Both the position numbers and the translations under genes were made by a program. Positions 1 to 12,900 of a stretch of 64,000 nt of DNA are shown one piece after another; the first letter of the stretch is position 1; every line of letters starts with the position of its first letter. The notes under the pieces were generated by a model. The model was given only the letters and a program-made list of their open reading frames with translations. It searched no databases and had not been told where the DNA came from. The DNA is from Pirellulaceae bacterium (GTDB lineage: Bacteria; Planctomycetota; Planctomycetia; Pirellulales; Pirellulaceae), in contig CAVYKQ010000005.1 in assembly GCA_963769105.1 (NCBI GenBank), positions 681,164-745,163 on the forward strand, in the 5' to 3' direction.

Positions 1-3000
1 CAACATCAAGAAGAGCCATACATCGCTCGCTCATGTTTTGTGCGCCGGCGATTAGCAACGAACGATCGTCTAGCCAGAAGCCTCCGTTTTGCAGCGGTAC
101 CTGATTGAGTTTGCGTCGGATCACTGATTTGCCGTCCTTTGCATCCAAGATGGTCAGGTTCGTTCGTCCAGAAAGGACGGCTAGAAGCTTGCCGTTTGGT
201 GAAAGTAAGGCAGTTTTTACGTATTCTTCCGATTCGAGCAGCGGTTGCCATTCCTTGTTCAGATCGTTCCAGCGTTCGACCCAAACCTTGTCGTCCTTGT
301 ATCGACGGCGCACGGGTTCACGCATCGCATGATCGTCATCTTCGCTAGACTCTGTGTGTCCTTTAGGTCCTAGGGCTCCGCTAGTCTCTGGGAGTGCGAT
401 TCGAACCTGCATCGGTTTGTCCGTGTTGGGCAGAACATTGACGGCTAGGTGTGACCGCGTAGCTGTCCCAACAAACCCCTCGACGATACGATTACCCTGA
501 GGTAGAAAAGTAGACCAGCTCAAAATCTTTCCATCGCGGTTGGTGTAAACCAGCTTTCCGCTGCGAGACAAAAACGCATAGTGGTCCGATATCGGCATCG
601 TTACGGCGCAAATGGACTTGCTCGCACCTACCAAGTCAACGGTAATCATCCGATCATCGACGATTCGCAGGACGCCATCTTGTCCAATTGCGATGCAGTC
701 TTGCTTTGGATTCCAAGCAACCTTGCTGCGACCCCAAATCTGATGCCGATGGAATTTCCTTGTTATCTTGGCTGAATGAAGTTGCATGATGCCATTGTTG
801 GTGCCGAGCATCATCTTGTCGTCCGAATCACCAAAGGTGATCGATTCAAAACGACTTTTTGACGTTACTGAAAATGTCGTCTCATACTTGCCTCTGGACA
901 GCATCTCGATCCGATAAGGGTATAGAACGGCTAAGTGATTCAATGATGCTGTGAAATCAAGATCGTGTGGCGTCTGGTCAATCGAGCGGCGTCCAATCGG
1001 TACTTCGGAGAAAGCACCCTTTGCGAATCGCCAGATGGAAACCGAGTTGCCGCTCGCGCAAGCGACTCGACCACCGTCTCGCGACCAAGCGGTCGTTTGG
1101 CAATCGACGTTCAGCCGATCGACAACTTCGAACGAATTCGGATCATACATGGCGATCCCCATCGGCGACGCGACGGAAACGAGGTTTTGCCCGTTGACCC
1201 ATTCCATGTCGAAAGCACCCGGCGTATCAGTTTGTTGTTGGATCGTGCCTGTTGAGACATCGATTCGTAGCAGTTTGTCTGCCGTGCAAACGAGAATCTG
1301 TGGCTGGTTTCGGTGAAAGTCAACCAAAACGAATCGATGGTCACGATGGGAGACAATCTGGCTCAGCGACAACCGGTCATTACGCCAATCAAACAGGCGC
1401 ACATGACCGTCAGTTGATACAGTCGCAACCTGGTCCCCTGAGTCCGACCAGCGCAGGCAACTTACACGACCGCGTGGAGCTACGGTTTCCATTTGCCAGT
1501 GGTTGATGCCCGGAAAACTTGCCGGCTGCAAGACAAGTCCATCCAGATCACCGTGCCTGTCCGCAGCCTTCCAAACCGGACCCACGTGATGCCAAAGGTC
1601 TTCACCTAGTGACGTTTTGGCTTGGTAAATCACAGGTTCCGGATCAACCACCGGAATCGGGGCGATCGAATCCGCAACGGTCGAAGTTGTCATGTCGCCG
1701 ATCTTGAATTCGCTCGGCGACTGACGCAAACGCAATATCGCAAAGACCGACGCCAATCCAGCCAACAACAAGACGACAACCGTCGCTGCAACCCAGCGAG
1801 GACGACGCTCGTGAGTTTTTAGCAATCGCGTGAGGCCTTGGGTCAGCTCGAAAAGACTCAGATTTGGGTCGGCAAGGTGTTCTGATTCGACTGCCAGTCC
1901 ATCCAACAGGTGGTTGACGTTGTGTCCAGAACAAAGCGGATCGATCTGATCCACCAACGTTTGCATCGAATCGATTCGGTCTGCCGGATTCTTTGCCAAC
2001 ATCCGATCGACAATCTGTTGTAGCTGCGGATCGATCTGGATTTCTTCTCCAACAACTTCCTGCAGGGGGCGTGGTGTTACCGATCGATGTGAATCCACAA
2101 GGTTCTGATTTGACATTTCACCCGCGGCGGCAAAAGGTGGTCCGCCCGTGAGCAGGCAGTACAATGTGCAGCCCAGCGAATAGATATCGGCACGATGATC
2201 GGTGGCGGTCGGGTCCTCCGGTCCGGCGGTGGACTTGCTAAGTTGCTCAGGGGCCATGTAGGCCAGCGTGCCGTGAGTGGTACTCGACCGGCTTGAACGA
2301 AATCTCGTTTCGTCCAGCCGCCTGGCGGTTCCAAGATCCAACAGCTTGACGACACCGCGTCGATTCAGCATCAGGTTGGACGGTTTGACGTCACCGTGAA
2401 TGACTTGTTGGTCATGCGCGTACTGTAGACCTTCAGCGGCCTGTCGAACGATCTCACATGCATCGGCCGGCAGCAACGGCCCACGTTGTCGAACAAGCTT
2501 TGAAAGGTCGATTCCATCGATTCGTTCGGTGACCAAGTAAGGTTGGCCGTCAGAAATTCCGGCATCGGTTGCCCCGACGATATTTGGATGGACTAACCGA
2601 CCATGATTGCGCCATTCGCGACGCACACGCTCTGCTTCGACGCGACTCATTCGCGTCCCGTAGTGCAACAGTTTTACGGCGAAGGGTCTGCCCAATCGTC
2701 GATGGCGGGCTTCGTACACTGTGCCCATTCCACCGACCGCGATGGTGCGGTGCAAACGGTAGGGGCCGATCTCGACAGGCAAATCGATGATCTTCGCAAC
2801 TTTCGATCCCCAAGATCCATCCGACCACGAACTGTCGGACGGTTGCAATTGGCGACCTTGCAGCTTCGCCAGTTGTTCCGCTAGCGGATCCGGGGCCTCA
2901 ACATCTTCGATTCGCTGCTGGCATTGTTGGCATTGATCGACGTGCTCGAGAACTGTCTCGAGCCTCGATTCATCGAGCCGGCCGCCTAGCATTGCGGAAA

Positions 3001-3034
3001 GTTCGTCGGAAGTGGGGCAGGTTGATTCCGGCAT
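1..3034 (-). CDS. Ser/Thr protein kinase with N-terminal zinc-binding anti-sigma-like (ZAS) motif, one TM helix and C-terminal WD40-like region; runs off the left window edge
   Basis: Hand translation from ATG at 3034 gives MPESTCPTSDELSAMLGGRLDESRLETVLEHVDQCQQCQQRI (C...HxxxCxxC). Kinase motifs follow: IAVGGMGTVY, FAVKLL, HPNIV, IHGDVKPSNLML, KLLDLG, GTLAYMAPEQ, DIYSLGCTLY. The TM helix is WVAATVVVLLLAGLASVFAIL (~1795-1730), then VSCLRWSDSGDQVATVSTDGHVRLFDW. The ORF track lists nothing in this frame, consistent with no in-window stop. Confidence 0.9.
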   Translation of the reverse strand, partial: MPESTCPTSDELSAMLGGRLDESRLETVLEHVDQCQQCQQRIEDVEAPDPLAEQLAKLQGRQLQPSDSSWSDGSWGSKVAKIIDLPVEIGPYRLHRTIAVGGMGTVYEARHRRLGRPFAVKLLHYGTRMSRVEAERVRREWRNHGRLVHPNIVGATDAGISDGQPYLVTERIDGIDLSKLVRQRGPLLPADACEIVRQAAEGLQYAHDQQVIHGDVKPSNLMLNRRGVVKLLDLGTARRLDETRFRSSRSSTTHGTLAYMAPEQLSKSTAGPEDPTATDHRADIYSLGCTLYCLLTGGPPFAAAGEMSNQNLVDSHRSVTPRPLQEVVGEEIQIDPQLQQIVDRMLAKNPADRIDSMQTLVDQIDPLCSGHNVNHLLDGLAVESEHLADPNLSLFELTQGLTRLLKTHERRPRWVAATVVVLLLAGLASVFAILRLRQSPSEFKIGDMTTSTVADSIAPIPVVDPEPVIYQAKTSLGEDLWHHVGPVWKAADRHGDLDGLVLQPASFPGINHWQMETVAPRGRVSCLRWSDSGDQVATVSTDGHVRLFDWRNDRLSLSQIVSHRDHRFVLVDFHRNQPQILVCTADKLLRIDVSTGTIQQQTDTPGAFDMEWVNGQNLVSVASPMGIAMYDPNSFEVVDRLNVDCQTTAWSRDGGRVACASGNSVSIWRFAKGAFSEVPIGRRSIDQTPHDLDFTASLNHLAVLYPYRIEMLSRGKYETTFSVTSKSRFESITFGDSDDKMMLGTNNGIMQLHSAKITRKFHRHQIWGRSKVAWNPKQDCIAIGQDGVLRIVDDRMITVDLVGASKSICAVTMPISDHYAFLSRSGKLVYTNRDGKILSWSTFLPQGNRIVEGFVGTATRSHLAVNVLPNTDKPMQVRIALPETSGALGPKGHTESSEDDDHAMREPVRRRYKDDKVWVERWNDLNKEWQPLLESEEYVKTALLSPNGKLLAVLSGRTNLTILDAKDGKSVIRRKLNQVPLQNGGFWLDDRSLLIAGAQNMSERCMALLDV

Positions 3035-3116
3035 GAATCCAAAGCAAGAGGGAAACCGAATGGACGCTCGCTAGTTTATCGCCAGGGATTGGACAGGCAC
3101 CAAATCGGCAGAACGC

Positions 3117-3761
3117 CTAGTCCCCCAATTCGGCTCGCAACTTTGCCATCACACGCGTTTTCGCTTTATAGACAGCCCAAACCGTCATGCCAATATCTTC
3201 CGCCACGTCCTTTGCGGCGTCTCCTTCGACAACAACGCGCCAAAAAGCTGTCCACGTTGATTCATTGAACTTGCACTGTAGGCCCTCCAGTGCACGCAGG
3301 TGCAGGTCACACACATCTTCGGCGGTTTCCGGGCTTTCATCGGGCAGTTGCTCGATCAAGTGCAACGCTCCGGTACCGCCACTGCCACTTGGTGTCTTGG
3401 ACCAGCGTCGAAAGTGGTCCGCAATCTTGTTGCGTGTGATTCGCCACAGCCAGCCACGAAAGCTCGATCCTTCGCCGTCTCGAGAAAAGCTGTCGATCGA
3501 TTTTGTCAAATCGGCGAGAACATCCTGACTGATATCGGCGGCGTCCGATTGCTGCAATCCACAATGTCGGCACCACGAGAATATCAGCGGTTCGTAGATC
3601 CGTACAACTCGCTGCCAGGCACCATCGTCATCCCCATTTTGCAGGGACAAAATTAGCGTCGGCGACGTCAAGTTGTCGGTCGTTTCTTGATTCGTTTTGA
3701 CGTCGAACAAGCGGCTATTTACCTGCCTTGGACCCAAGAAAAGTGTACGGTCATCCAGCAT
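3117..3761 (-). CDS. ECF-type RNA polymerase sigma factor (planctomycete kinase-associated type); true start may be somewhat downstream
   Basis: TSPTLILSL...AWQRVVRIYEPLIFSWC...DAADISQDV (sigma2), SFRGWLWRITRNKIADHFRR, and sigma4 HTH AKDVAEDIGMTVWAVYKAKTRVMAKLR. Lies directly upstream of the kinase on the same strand. Confidence 0.93.
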   Translation of the reverse strand: MLDDRTLFLGPRQVNSRLFDVKTNQETTDNLTSPTLILSLQNGDDDGAWQRVVRIYEPLIFSWCRHCGLQQSDAADISQDVLADLTKSIDSFSRDGEGSSFRGWLWRITRNKIADHFRRWSKTPSGSGGTGALHLIEQLPDESPETAEDVCDLHLRALEGLQCKFNESTWTAFWRVVVEGDAAKDVAEDIGMTVWAVYKAKTRVMAKLRAELGD

Positions 3762-3980
3762 ACCTCCTTGGATGCCAGGTTGCGTTCATTTTTGATCCTC
3801 ATTGAGACAAAAAAATTCGGCCTAGGGGCACAAAATAGAGCTCTTTTCGCTCGTTTAGCTCGGGATGTCCAACGCGGCACGATGAAAGAGGGATGAACCG
3901 CAAGCCGTCGGTCCATGCCACTGCCATTTTGTTCACTGACTGCCGTCGCTGAACTGCCTCCCTTTTGAATCGTTGCTGAC

Positions 3981-6900
3981 ATGGGTTATCCAATCTCGAA
4001 CCGTCGCATGGTGCGATCGTCTTCCGCAACCAAACGTCTCAAACGACGACACCTCGCGGAAAATTTAGAACCTCGAATGTTGCTCGCTGGTGACGTTGGC
4101 TCCATCGACCATATCGATAGTCCGGCTGCCGCGTTGATCGCGACAACATCCGCCGAAGGCGAAGCGGGCAGTCTTGGCGACCTGAATTCGTTTGCGCAAC
4201 AGCTTCGCGCCGCGGTTGACGAAATCGCACGTGTGATCGGATCGATCGGTCAGAGTTCCGTCTTTGGTCAAGAGATTCCGTTCCTCGGGCAATCCCTGCC
4301 CGTCGATGTCGGTGACCTTTCGGTAATCGATACCGACACGGTTGGTTCGCTGTTGAACCTTTCCTCGAGCTTCGAAACCGATGTCGCGTCGCCGCTGCGC
4401 AGCTTCTTGGACGCGAACCCGCAAGCCACTCCCAATCAACTGATTACTCAGTTCGATTTTTTGGAACAGCTTGATGGTCAGACCGGTACGATCCCCGGCG
4501 TCAAGCTAAATTTTGATCTGAGCAAGACCTTGCAACGACCGATCGAATCGTTGCTGCGACCGTTGACGGAATTGGGCGGACCGTTTCAAGTTCCCACCGG
4601 AGCCGCGCTATCGCAGCTACTGAGCTTCGATATATCCACCGAAGACTTGAAGTTCCAGATCTTCGTGGACGACGACGATCAAGTCCGCGTCGAAATCCCC
4701 AACTTCTCAGTGAACATTGGTAACGCCGACTTGGGGATCAGCAACCTGGCCGGACGTATCGGCGTATTGGCTGGCAATATTTTCAACCCCGAATTCGATC
4801 TCGATCTCGGCTGGAATTTTGACGCGGGAACTCTGTTTGGCGGCGGTCTGAATTCACCCGACACGCCGACGCTGGCATCCCTGCAATCGACTACTGCCAA
4901 TTCGATCATCGACAACTTTGTCGCCACGCAGGTCGGTGAAGGTTTGTCCCTGCAGCTGCCCTTCGACTTCGCGCTGCCAGGATTCGATACCGGCGGAGTA
5001 TTGCCAACATTGTCGCTGGTCGATGATTCACCACTGGATGAGGTACTCGGTAGGTTCGAGATTTTGCTGCCAGAGAACGCCCCCTACGATTTGGAATCCT
5101 TGCTGGCGTTTACTGAGATCACTCCTAGCGAACTACTCGGATACTTGGGCGATCTTGGCGACCTGTTGCAACAGATTCAAAACGGCTCGGTGTTGGATCT
5201 GCCAATTCCGTTTGCTGACGACATAACCGTTGGCGAAGCACTCGGTTTGGCCGAGGGTTATGCCAATGGCGTGATGCACTTTTTGCGGACCGGCGAAGGT
5301 CTGCCGACGTTCGATTCATTACAAGAATTGATCGCGTTGCTCCCGGGTTTGCCAGATCCGATCGAGATGGGCCCACAGCCACCGATGACAACTCTGCCGT
5401 TCAGCTACGATCCGGAAACTAAGCTGCTCGATATCTCGCTCAACTTTTTCCGCTCGCCCGACCCGATCAATTTGGTTGGATCGCTGGATGTGTTTGCCGG
5501 CAATGAAGATGCTCCATTCGTTTCGATCGCGATGGACCAAACCGATCCGGACACGGGAGAACCGAATGCGACTTTGAATCGCGTCGCCATTACCCGTGAC
5601 GCCTCATTGGGCTTGGATCTGCAAATCGATCTATCGTTGGGCAAATATGAAAAGACAACACGCGAGTTCAAGGCTTTCGATCACTCGCTCAACTACGCAG
5701 TCACCCGTTGGACGCGTCTGGATGAATTCGCACAGCGTTTCGGATTCGGGGACGAACTAGGACTCCAGGCCATCGCCGATGTCACGTTGCGGGATGGGAC
5801 GCCAGCGATCCTAAATTTTGGAACGCTCGATCCATCCATGACCGTCGGGGATTTGCTGGACCGCGGCCAGATCATCGGCAGCAATGTGTTTGACCAACCA
5901 GGCGAACCGTTCTCGGCCGCGATGTTCTATACGAAACTGGAAAGTGATCAATTGCAACTCTTGGATCGATCGGCTGACACCGGTGATTTTACCGTCGTGC
6001 CACGCCGAACGCCGGAGACGGCGCATGCATTCTGGGACAACTTGTTCGGTGACAACGACGTTTCGTTCAACGAGTTTGTCGGCACAAGTGGTTTCATGGG
6101 TTCGCGATTGTTGCGCGGCAGCCTGCTAGACGGTCATCTCAGCCCGACAGGCAACGGTGATAGCGAAACGCCTTTGCGATGGCTATTCCCAGCCGCGTCT
6201 GAGTGGATCAATTTGTTGGATGGCATCCAACCGGTGACCGCGCACCTGCAAGACGGTCAGGAAGTCACGATCGAGTTTACCGACTTTGATCAGGAGACGA
6301 TTGAGAGTCTGCTGCCCACGCTAGCCGCCGAGATCGGCGGCACTCAAGTCATCGACGCTGTGATCGAAGACGAACGGATTGTGTTGACCGATCTGACCTC
6401 CGGTAGCAACAAATTTCGAATCGAATGGGCGGACGCCCCAGGACTGCCGATCCTTGGTCAGCTGATTGACATCGGCAACGACAGTGATCGGGATGGAAAG
6501 TTGATCGGACCACGTCTGCTGCCCGCATTGACGAATGATTTGCGTGTTGCCATCAGTCGCGAGACTTTGATGATCGATCTGGCTGCCCAATATGGCATCG
6601 ATCCAACTTTGCCGGACGGGTTCACGCTGCATCCCAAGGATGGCTCGGAAGTGAGCATATCGGCGGCAAGTTACGCCGAAACCGAAACGCTGGGCGAGTT
6701 CATCGATCTGTTCAATGACGGATTGACCGATCAGGGAATGAATTTGGTCGATGGCCAGTTGATATTTTACGATGACTCCAGCGGACCGAGCGGATCGATT
6801 ACGTTCCTAGAGGTAACCGCAGGCGGGTTGTTCTCAAAACTGTTTCCCGAGATCAATCGTGTCGATGGCGACAAAGATGGAATCGTTCGCTCGCGCGTGC

Positions 6901-9900
6901 TTACCACCACCGGTATCGCTCACGATACGCTGGTCACCGATCTGCTTCCCGCAGGTGTTGACCTGCGCAACACTGGCGAAGTCCGTGTCGATTTGTTGGA
7001 CGGAACCAGCCTGACACTTCCGTCGTTGTCATTGTCCGATGGAGGAACAATTCGTAGCGTGATCGATGATTGGTCGGTCATTCGTGACAACCAGCGAATT
7101 CTGGCGGCCGGGTTGATCGGCGGCAGAATCGTCCTGCGTGACCTGACCCAAGCTGCCAACGGCAACACCTTTCGCATCCGTGTTTCGGGGGACGCAACCG
7201 TAGAAGGGACCTTGCTTTTCGACGCGCGCGACGATGACGGCAACGGGCAAATCGAAGGCCGTGAACTGGGCAATCCACTCCCCGCGGTCATCGATGCGCC
7301 GTTGCAAATCGCCGTTGATGCACCCGTCGCACCATGGACGCAAATCAACACGCTTGGCAAACGCTTCGATACCAACGCATTTTCAGACGGCCTAGAACAG
7401 ATCCGCTTCGAACTGCGCGACGGTACGATCGTTAAGTTCGTGACGTCCAACGAAGATGGTTCCACGCTGGCGGACCTACTTGATCAAAAGCAGTACCGCG
7501 ACGACGGAACATTGGTCGCCGAGCTGACACTGGAAGACAACCGCTTGGTCTTGAACGACTACAGCGGCGGCACCGGCACGATCCAGCAGACCGCCGATTT
7601 CCAGTTCGGGGTGCTGCTGCAGACTCTCTTCGACAACGGCCAGATTGATGATTCCGGGGATCGCTGGATCAGTGGTCCGTTGGATGAAACGGTGTTTGAC
7701 GAAGCTGGAAACAACGTTTCGCTGCGCAGATTCTTCGACGATCCGTTCCATCCGTTATTTGGCTCGCCGACGAGTCCCACATTCGCTAGTGAATTGATTT
7801 TTAGCCTGCGCGATGGCACGGTCCACGAAACCGGATTGATGTCGCCGACTTCACTGACGCTCCGCCGCTATCTCGATCAATTGACGGTACGAGATGGAAA
7901 CGTTGTTTTGGTTCAACCAAGTGTGATCGACGGGCGGATCGTATTGGCCGATCAAACCGCAGGGAATGGTGTCTTTACCGTGGAAGCCAAGTTTCCAACC
8001 ACCGCGACGCTACACCATCGTTTCCTGACTTTGGGCAGTGACATCAACGACGACGGCGAGCTGATCGGACCTTCGTTGATTGCGTCGTTGCCAAGCGGCA
8101 TTGACCCAATTCGAGATACCATTCAATTGGAAACCATCTTAGAGGCTTCTGTCGGTGGAACCGTGGCAGCCCAAAGTTTGACGACGACGGCATCCGCGAC
8201 GATTGAGTTTCGAGATGGCAGTGTTGAGACAATACTGATTGAGCCACTCCCGGAAAATGCAACCCTGGGCGACTTGATCAACCAATTGCGAATTGTCGAT
8301 GGAGATGAAACGGTATTTGAAGTTGAATTGGTCGATGGACGTTTGATCGCTTCGCAAAGTGATTCGCGCGACGGCTCCGGCGACTTCCGGATCAATGATA
8401 CCGACCTTGCCACCAATCGCCTGTTGACAGCCCTCGGGCTGACGAGCGGAAATACCAGCGTCAACAACAACCCATTGGCGGCCGACCCGGACGGGGATGG
8501 GACGATCGAGGGCGCGTCGCTGTACCGGACGCTAGACGTTGGTTTCTTGGAAATCGGCGGACTTGATTTGGGCGACATCTCGACACCCAATAGCTCGATG
8601 ACCTTGTACCTGCGCGATGGTACCCAGGAGATCGTTTCGGTAGGCGCATTGACCGAAACGGACGAACTACTCGAAGTCATTGCACGGCTAAATGTCCCCG
8701 ATAAAGTTCAAGTCACCTACAGCAATGGCCGGGTTGTCGTCGAGGATCTGACGACACCGATCGATGATCGACAATTCTCGATCGATTTTGGCAACACGTC
8801 GAACACCTATCCCACCAGCGCGTTCTTGCCGCTGGCAACCGACCTGGATGGCGACGGACGGATCGCGGGGCCTTCACTGATTCGCACGGTCCCGACGTCG
8901 GCGACATCGCCTGAAATCTTGCTAGACGAATTGGCGACCCGATTTAGCCTGCCAGCGGTTAACGATGTTGAAGACGTCGTCGTGGAAATTACGCTCCGCA
9001 ACGGGTTGCAAGTCACCCAGCAGCTGAAAGTTCAGCCAGGAATGACGCTGCGCAAATTCCTGTCCCAGATGAACATCGTCGAACAAACGCCCGACGGGCC
9101 GAATGTGTTGTTCCTGGCCGACGTCATCGACATCAACGGTACGGCCACTTCCAACCAGGCACCGCGTTACCGCGTTGTACTCCGAGACTTTAGCGAATCC
9201 GTAGACGGTAACGGTGAAACACAAGTTCGTCGCTTGGTAGACCAAGAAGATTTCGGGTCGATGCTGCCAACCTTCCTGGGCATTTATGGTCGTGACACGA
9301 CGAACACCGGAGTGATTGTCGGCAATTCGATGGAACTGGTCGATGACAGTGAACGGGTTCGCATCAAGTTGACCGAACCCCCGACGCTGTCGGCTGCGAT
9401 CAATGTTGACGCCACCAATGTCACAGCGACAGCCGCTCTCGGGGCGTTAGCATCCGCTGGGATTCGTAACGGCAGCGGTAGCGCATATGCTTCGGTTGAC
9501 GTCAGCGTGCTGCCGTCGATCGGCAAGGATTACATCACCATCAAAGATCTGATCGGCGCGGTTACTGGCCGCAACGATCGTTTGCAGGTTGAACTGGATA
9601 CCAACCTGGCATTCGGCGCGGAATTGTTCGTCGATCTGGGCGGTCTGAACGAACAGTTTACCGACCCAGCCGAAACTCCTCGCATCGATGTCGCTTGGCC
9701 CGAATTCGTCACCAACGATCCAAGTTTGCAGTTCCAGTTCGACACGCTTGACTACTCCTTCACCAATGCGGAAAACCTGCTGCAGCTGAAGAAGCTGACG
9801 CTGCAAGACATTACGAATCTGATTCGGAAAGTTGTCGATCTGGTCGAACGGGTTGCCGGTGAAGATCTGTTGTACAAACAATTGCCGCTGGTCAACACAT

Positions 9901-12900
9901 CGATCGGTGATGTACTAAACGCAGTTGACTACGTCGATTCCATCGTGCAAAACACGCTCGAAGATCCGGATGCTTCATTAAAGACCCTGGAAGCTCAGCT
10001 GGAAGATGCGCTCGGCCTAGACGATGACGAACTGACGCTTTCTTACGACGCTGACAACAACGCGGTCCGGATCGACTTGGACCTGCAAGTCGGCACGGCG
10101 CAACGCCCGTTAGTTCCTCTTTGGATCTCGATTTGGCCGGCGCCGGACTGGCTGGACTGGATGCTCTGGTCGATTTCCAAGCAAGCGGTAGCCTGGATGT
10201 CACTGCCAACGCAAATTTGTCGTTCCATGTGGGCGTCGACTTGGACGCGTTGGGCATTCATCGCGAAAACGAACTCGCTGACGCAGGCAATCCGAATCAG
10301 GAACCAACAGCAAACTTCGACGACGTGGTCATCGTTTACGACAGTACTGGGGTCGAGGCAACCGTGCGTGTTCAGGCCGCGAATCTGCAATTCACGACTG
10401 CGGTCGGACCACTGTCGGTGGATGTCGGGCCAGGCGCGGCTGTCTTGGACGCGGACGGTTTGGCGTTTGGCAGCGAAACAGGAACCGCCGATCCGGCCTC
10501 GCTGTCGATCAGTCTGCCAACCGAATCCGACGGCATTTATCGGCTGGACGAACTGGTTCCGTTTCAATCAACATTCACTGGCGAAGCGGGTGTGCGTTTG
10601 CCGTTGACCTTTGAACTTGGCGATACGACGACGCAAGATCTTGAGGTTCACTGGAGTGACCTAAGTCAATTCGATTTCCAAATCATCGAGCAAACACAAC
10701 AGATTGATGGCTCAGGTGGAAACCAAGTTCGCCTGCCCGACCTGGCAGCAGCGGCTGCGGGATTCGACGCCGCCGATGGTGTCTTTGCATTGGTCGCCGG
10801 ATTGGAAGGACTGTTTAATTTACTGGAAGGTCATTTGGGCAATGAAATCTTGGGAGTTCCCGTCCCGTTGATTGGCGAAGGTCTCGCATCGGTCAGCGAA
10901 TTTATCGGCGACTTGCGAACCGAGCTGACAGGTCCGATCAACCAACAAGGTTTGTCGCAAGAGGTGGCTCGCGAACTGTTTTTTGACGCGATCGGCCCAG
11001 CAGGTTTGAACTGGCTGCAAGACCTAGACTTGGACGGTGCGATCACGCGCTTGGACGTCGGCTGCTTCAGTTGTCCCGATCCCGAACCCAATCTTGGAGG
11101 GCCAGAAGGCGAAGCGGGCAACGAAATTTTCTATCGTATGAAGCTTGGGGGTACCAAGAACGTTGCGAATCCTGAACTCGATCTGGACGTCGGCATCCCC
11201 GCCCTCGGTTTGGATGTAGCCGGTGATTTTTCACTGGACGTTGGCTGGCAAGTTGACATTGGCTTTGGAATCCACCCTACCGACGGCGTATTTATCGAAT
11301 TCTTTGGTGACGACGAAATCAACCTCGCGTTTAAGGCACAGGTCAACACTCTGGAAGCAGGCGCTAAGCTTGGTCCGGTCTCGCTGTCGGCATCGCTACT
11401 AGGTGCCGACGATGTTCCGCAAGAGCTGCGCGATTCGACTCGACTGATTGCCGACAACGAGCAAACCGAGGCAGTCAACGCGCTGCGCGGACGATTCGGT
11501 ATCGATCTTGGCAATCGCCGCTACGGGCTGACCGAATTCGGCAGTTTCAACTTCAACGATGTGGTGATCGACGCCAGCCTGTCCGGGTCGTTGAATCTAG
11601 ACGTGACCACCAGCGTCGGTACGGATGCTCGCATTCCAACGGTCAACGCCGATGTACACGTCGTCTGGGCAAAGGCCGAAGGATCGTTATCGGAAGTAAT
11701 CAGCAGTTTGGCCGCACCCGTCGTGGAAATTCGCGACGCGGCGCTCGACATGGGTTCATTCGTCAGCGATGTGATTGGCCCAACGCTGGAGAAAGTCAAC
11801 GAATTGATCGATCCGATTCGACCGATCTTGGACGCCCTGACCACGCCGATCCCAGTGATCAGCGATCTGGCTGGTGAGACGACGTTTGTGGATCTGATGC
11901 GGTTGTTCGGCAGTGGTGGCGACACCGTTGCCAACTTTGTCGAATCGGCGGCGCAACTAGCCGACCTGATCAACATTCCTGTGGTCAACGGCGACATTCA
12001 GTTCCCGCTGGGTAGCTATCGAATTGATTTTGGCGCTGGAGGTGGCGCGGGCGAAGGCGAACAGGCGTGTGAAGCAAGCGTTGGTAGTATCTCACTCTGT
12101 ACGATCACCGATGGCGCCGATCTGGATACGTTCCTGCAATCGCTGCCAGAGAATGACGAAACTCGTTCTTATTTCGAGGGCATTCCGCGGGGTGACGACG
12201 ACACGACGAGTTCGTCGGTGGGCGAGGGCACATTCAGTCTGCCAATCTTCCAACAGCCGACCAAGGCGATCGGTTTGTTGCTGGGCCAGGACGTCACCCT
12301 GTTGCACTACGATGTGCCGCGACTGGAGGCGAGTTTTGGCTACTCACAGTATTTCCCAATCTTTCCGATCTTTGGCATCACGGTTGGCGGGCAACTGAGC
12401 ATCGCCGCCGATTTTGCTTTCGGATACGACACGGCGGGCATTCGACAATTCGCCGAAACGAATCGCGTCCAAGATCTGTTCAACGGATTCTTTCTGGATG
12501 ACCGCATTGACCCAGACACAGGTGAAGACCTGCCGGAAGTGGAATTCGAAGCAGCATTGCTGGCCGGCGGCGAACTGAACCTCTTGTTGGCCAGCGGGGG
12601 TTGAAGGTGGTTTGTTTGCTGGTATCGATTTGAATTTGAACGACCCGAACCTTGACGGCAAAATTCGGGCGCAAGAATTGATTGACAACCTTTCGCTCGG
12701 TCGGCATCCGCTGCTTGGTCCGCTGTGGATCTTCGACGCTTCTGGAAAATTGGAAGTCGGCTTGCGTGCTTACGTCGAAGCGCCATTGCTGAAAGAAAAA
12801 TCGCTCGACCTCGGTCGCTTCACGATCCTGGACTTCAATATTCCGCGTCCCGAACCAGGGGCCGGCGATCCTCAACTGGCGACTTTGCAAAGCGATGGCA

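Noticed and set aside
3762-3980. Specific ECF -35/-10 promoter
   Set aside because: AAC/CGT-like words exist, but none can be singled out without orthologue alignment.
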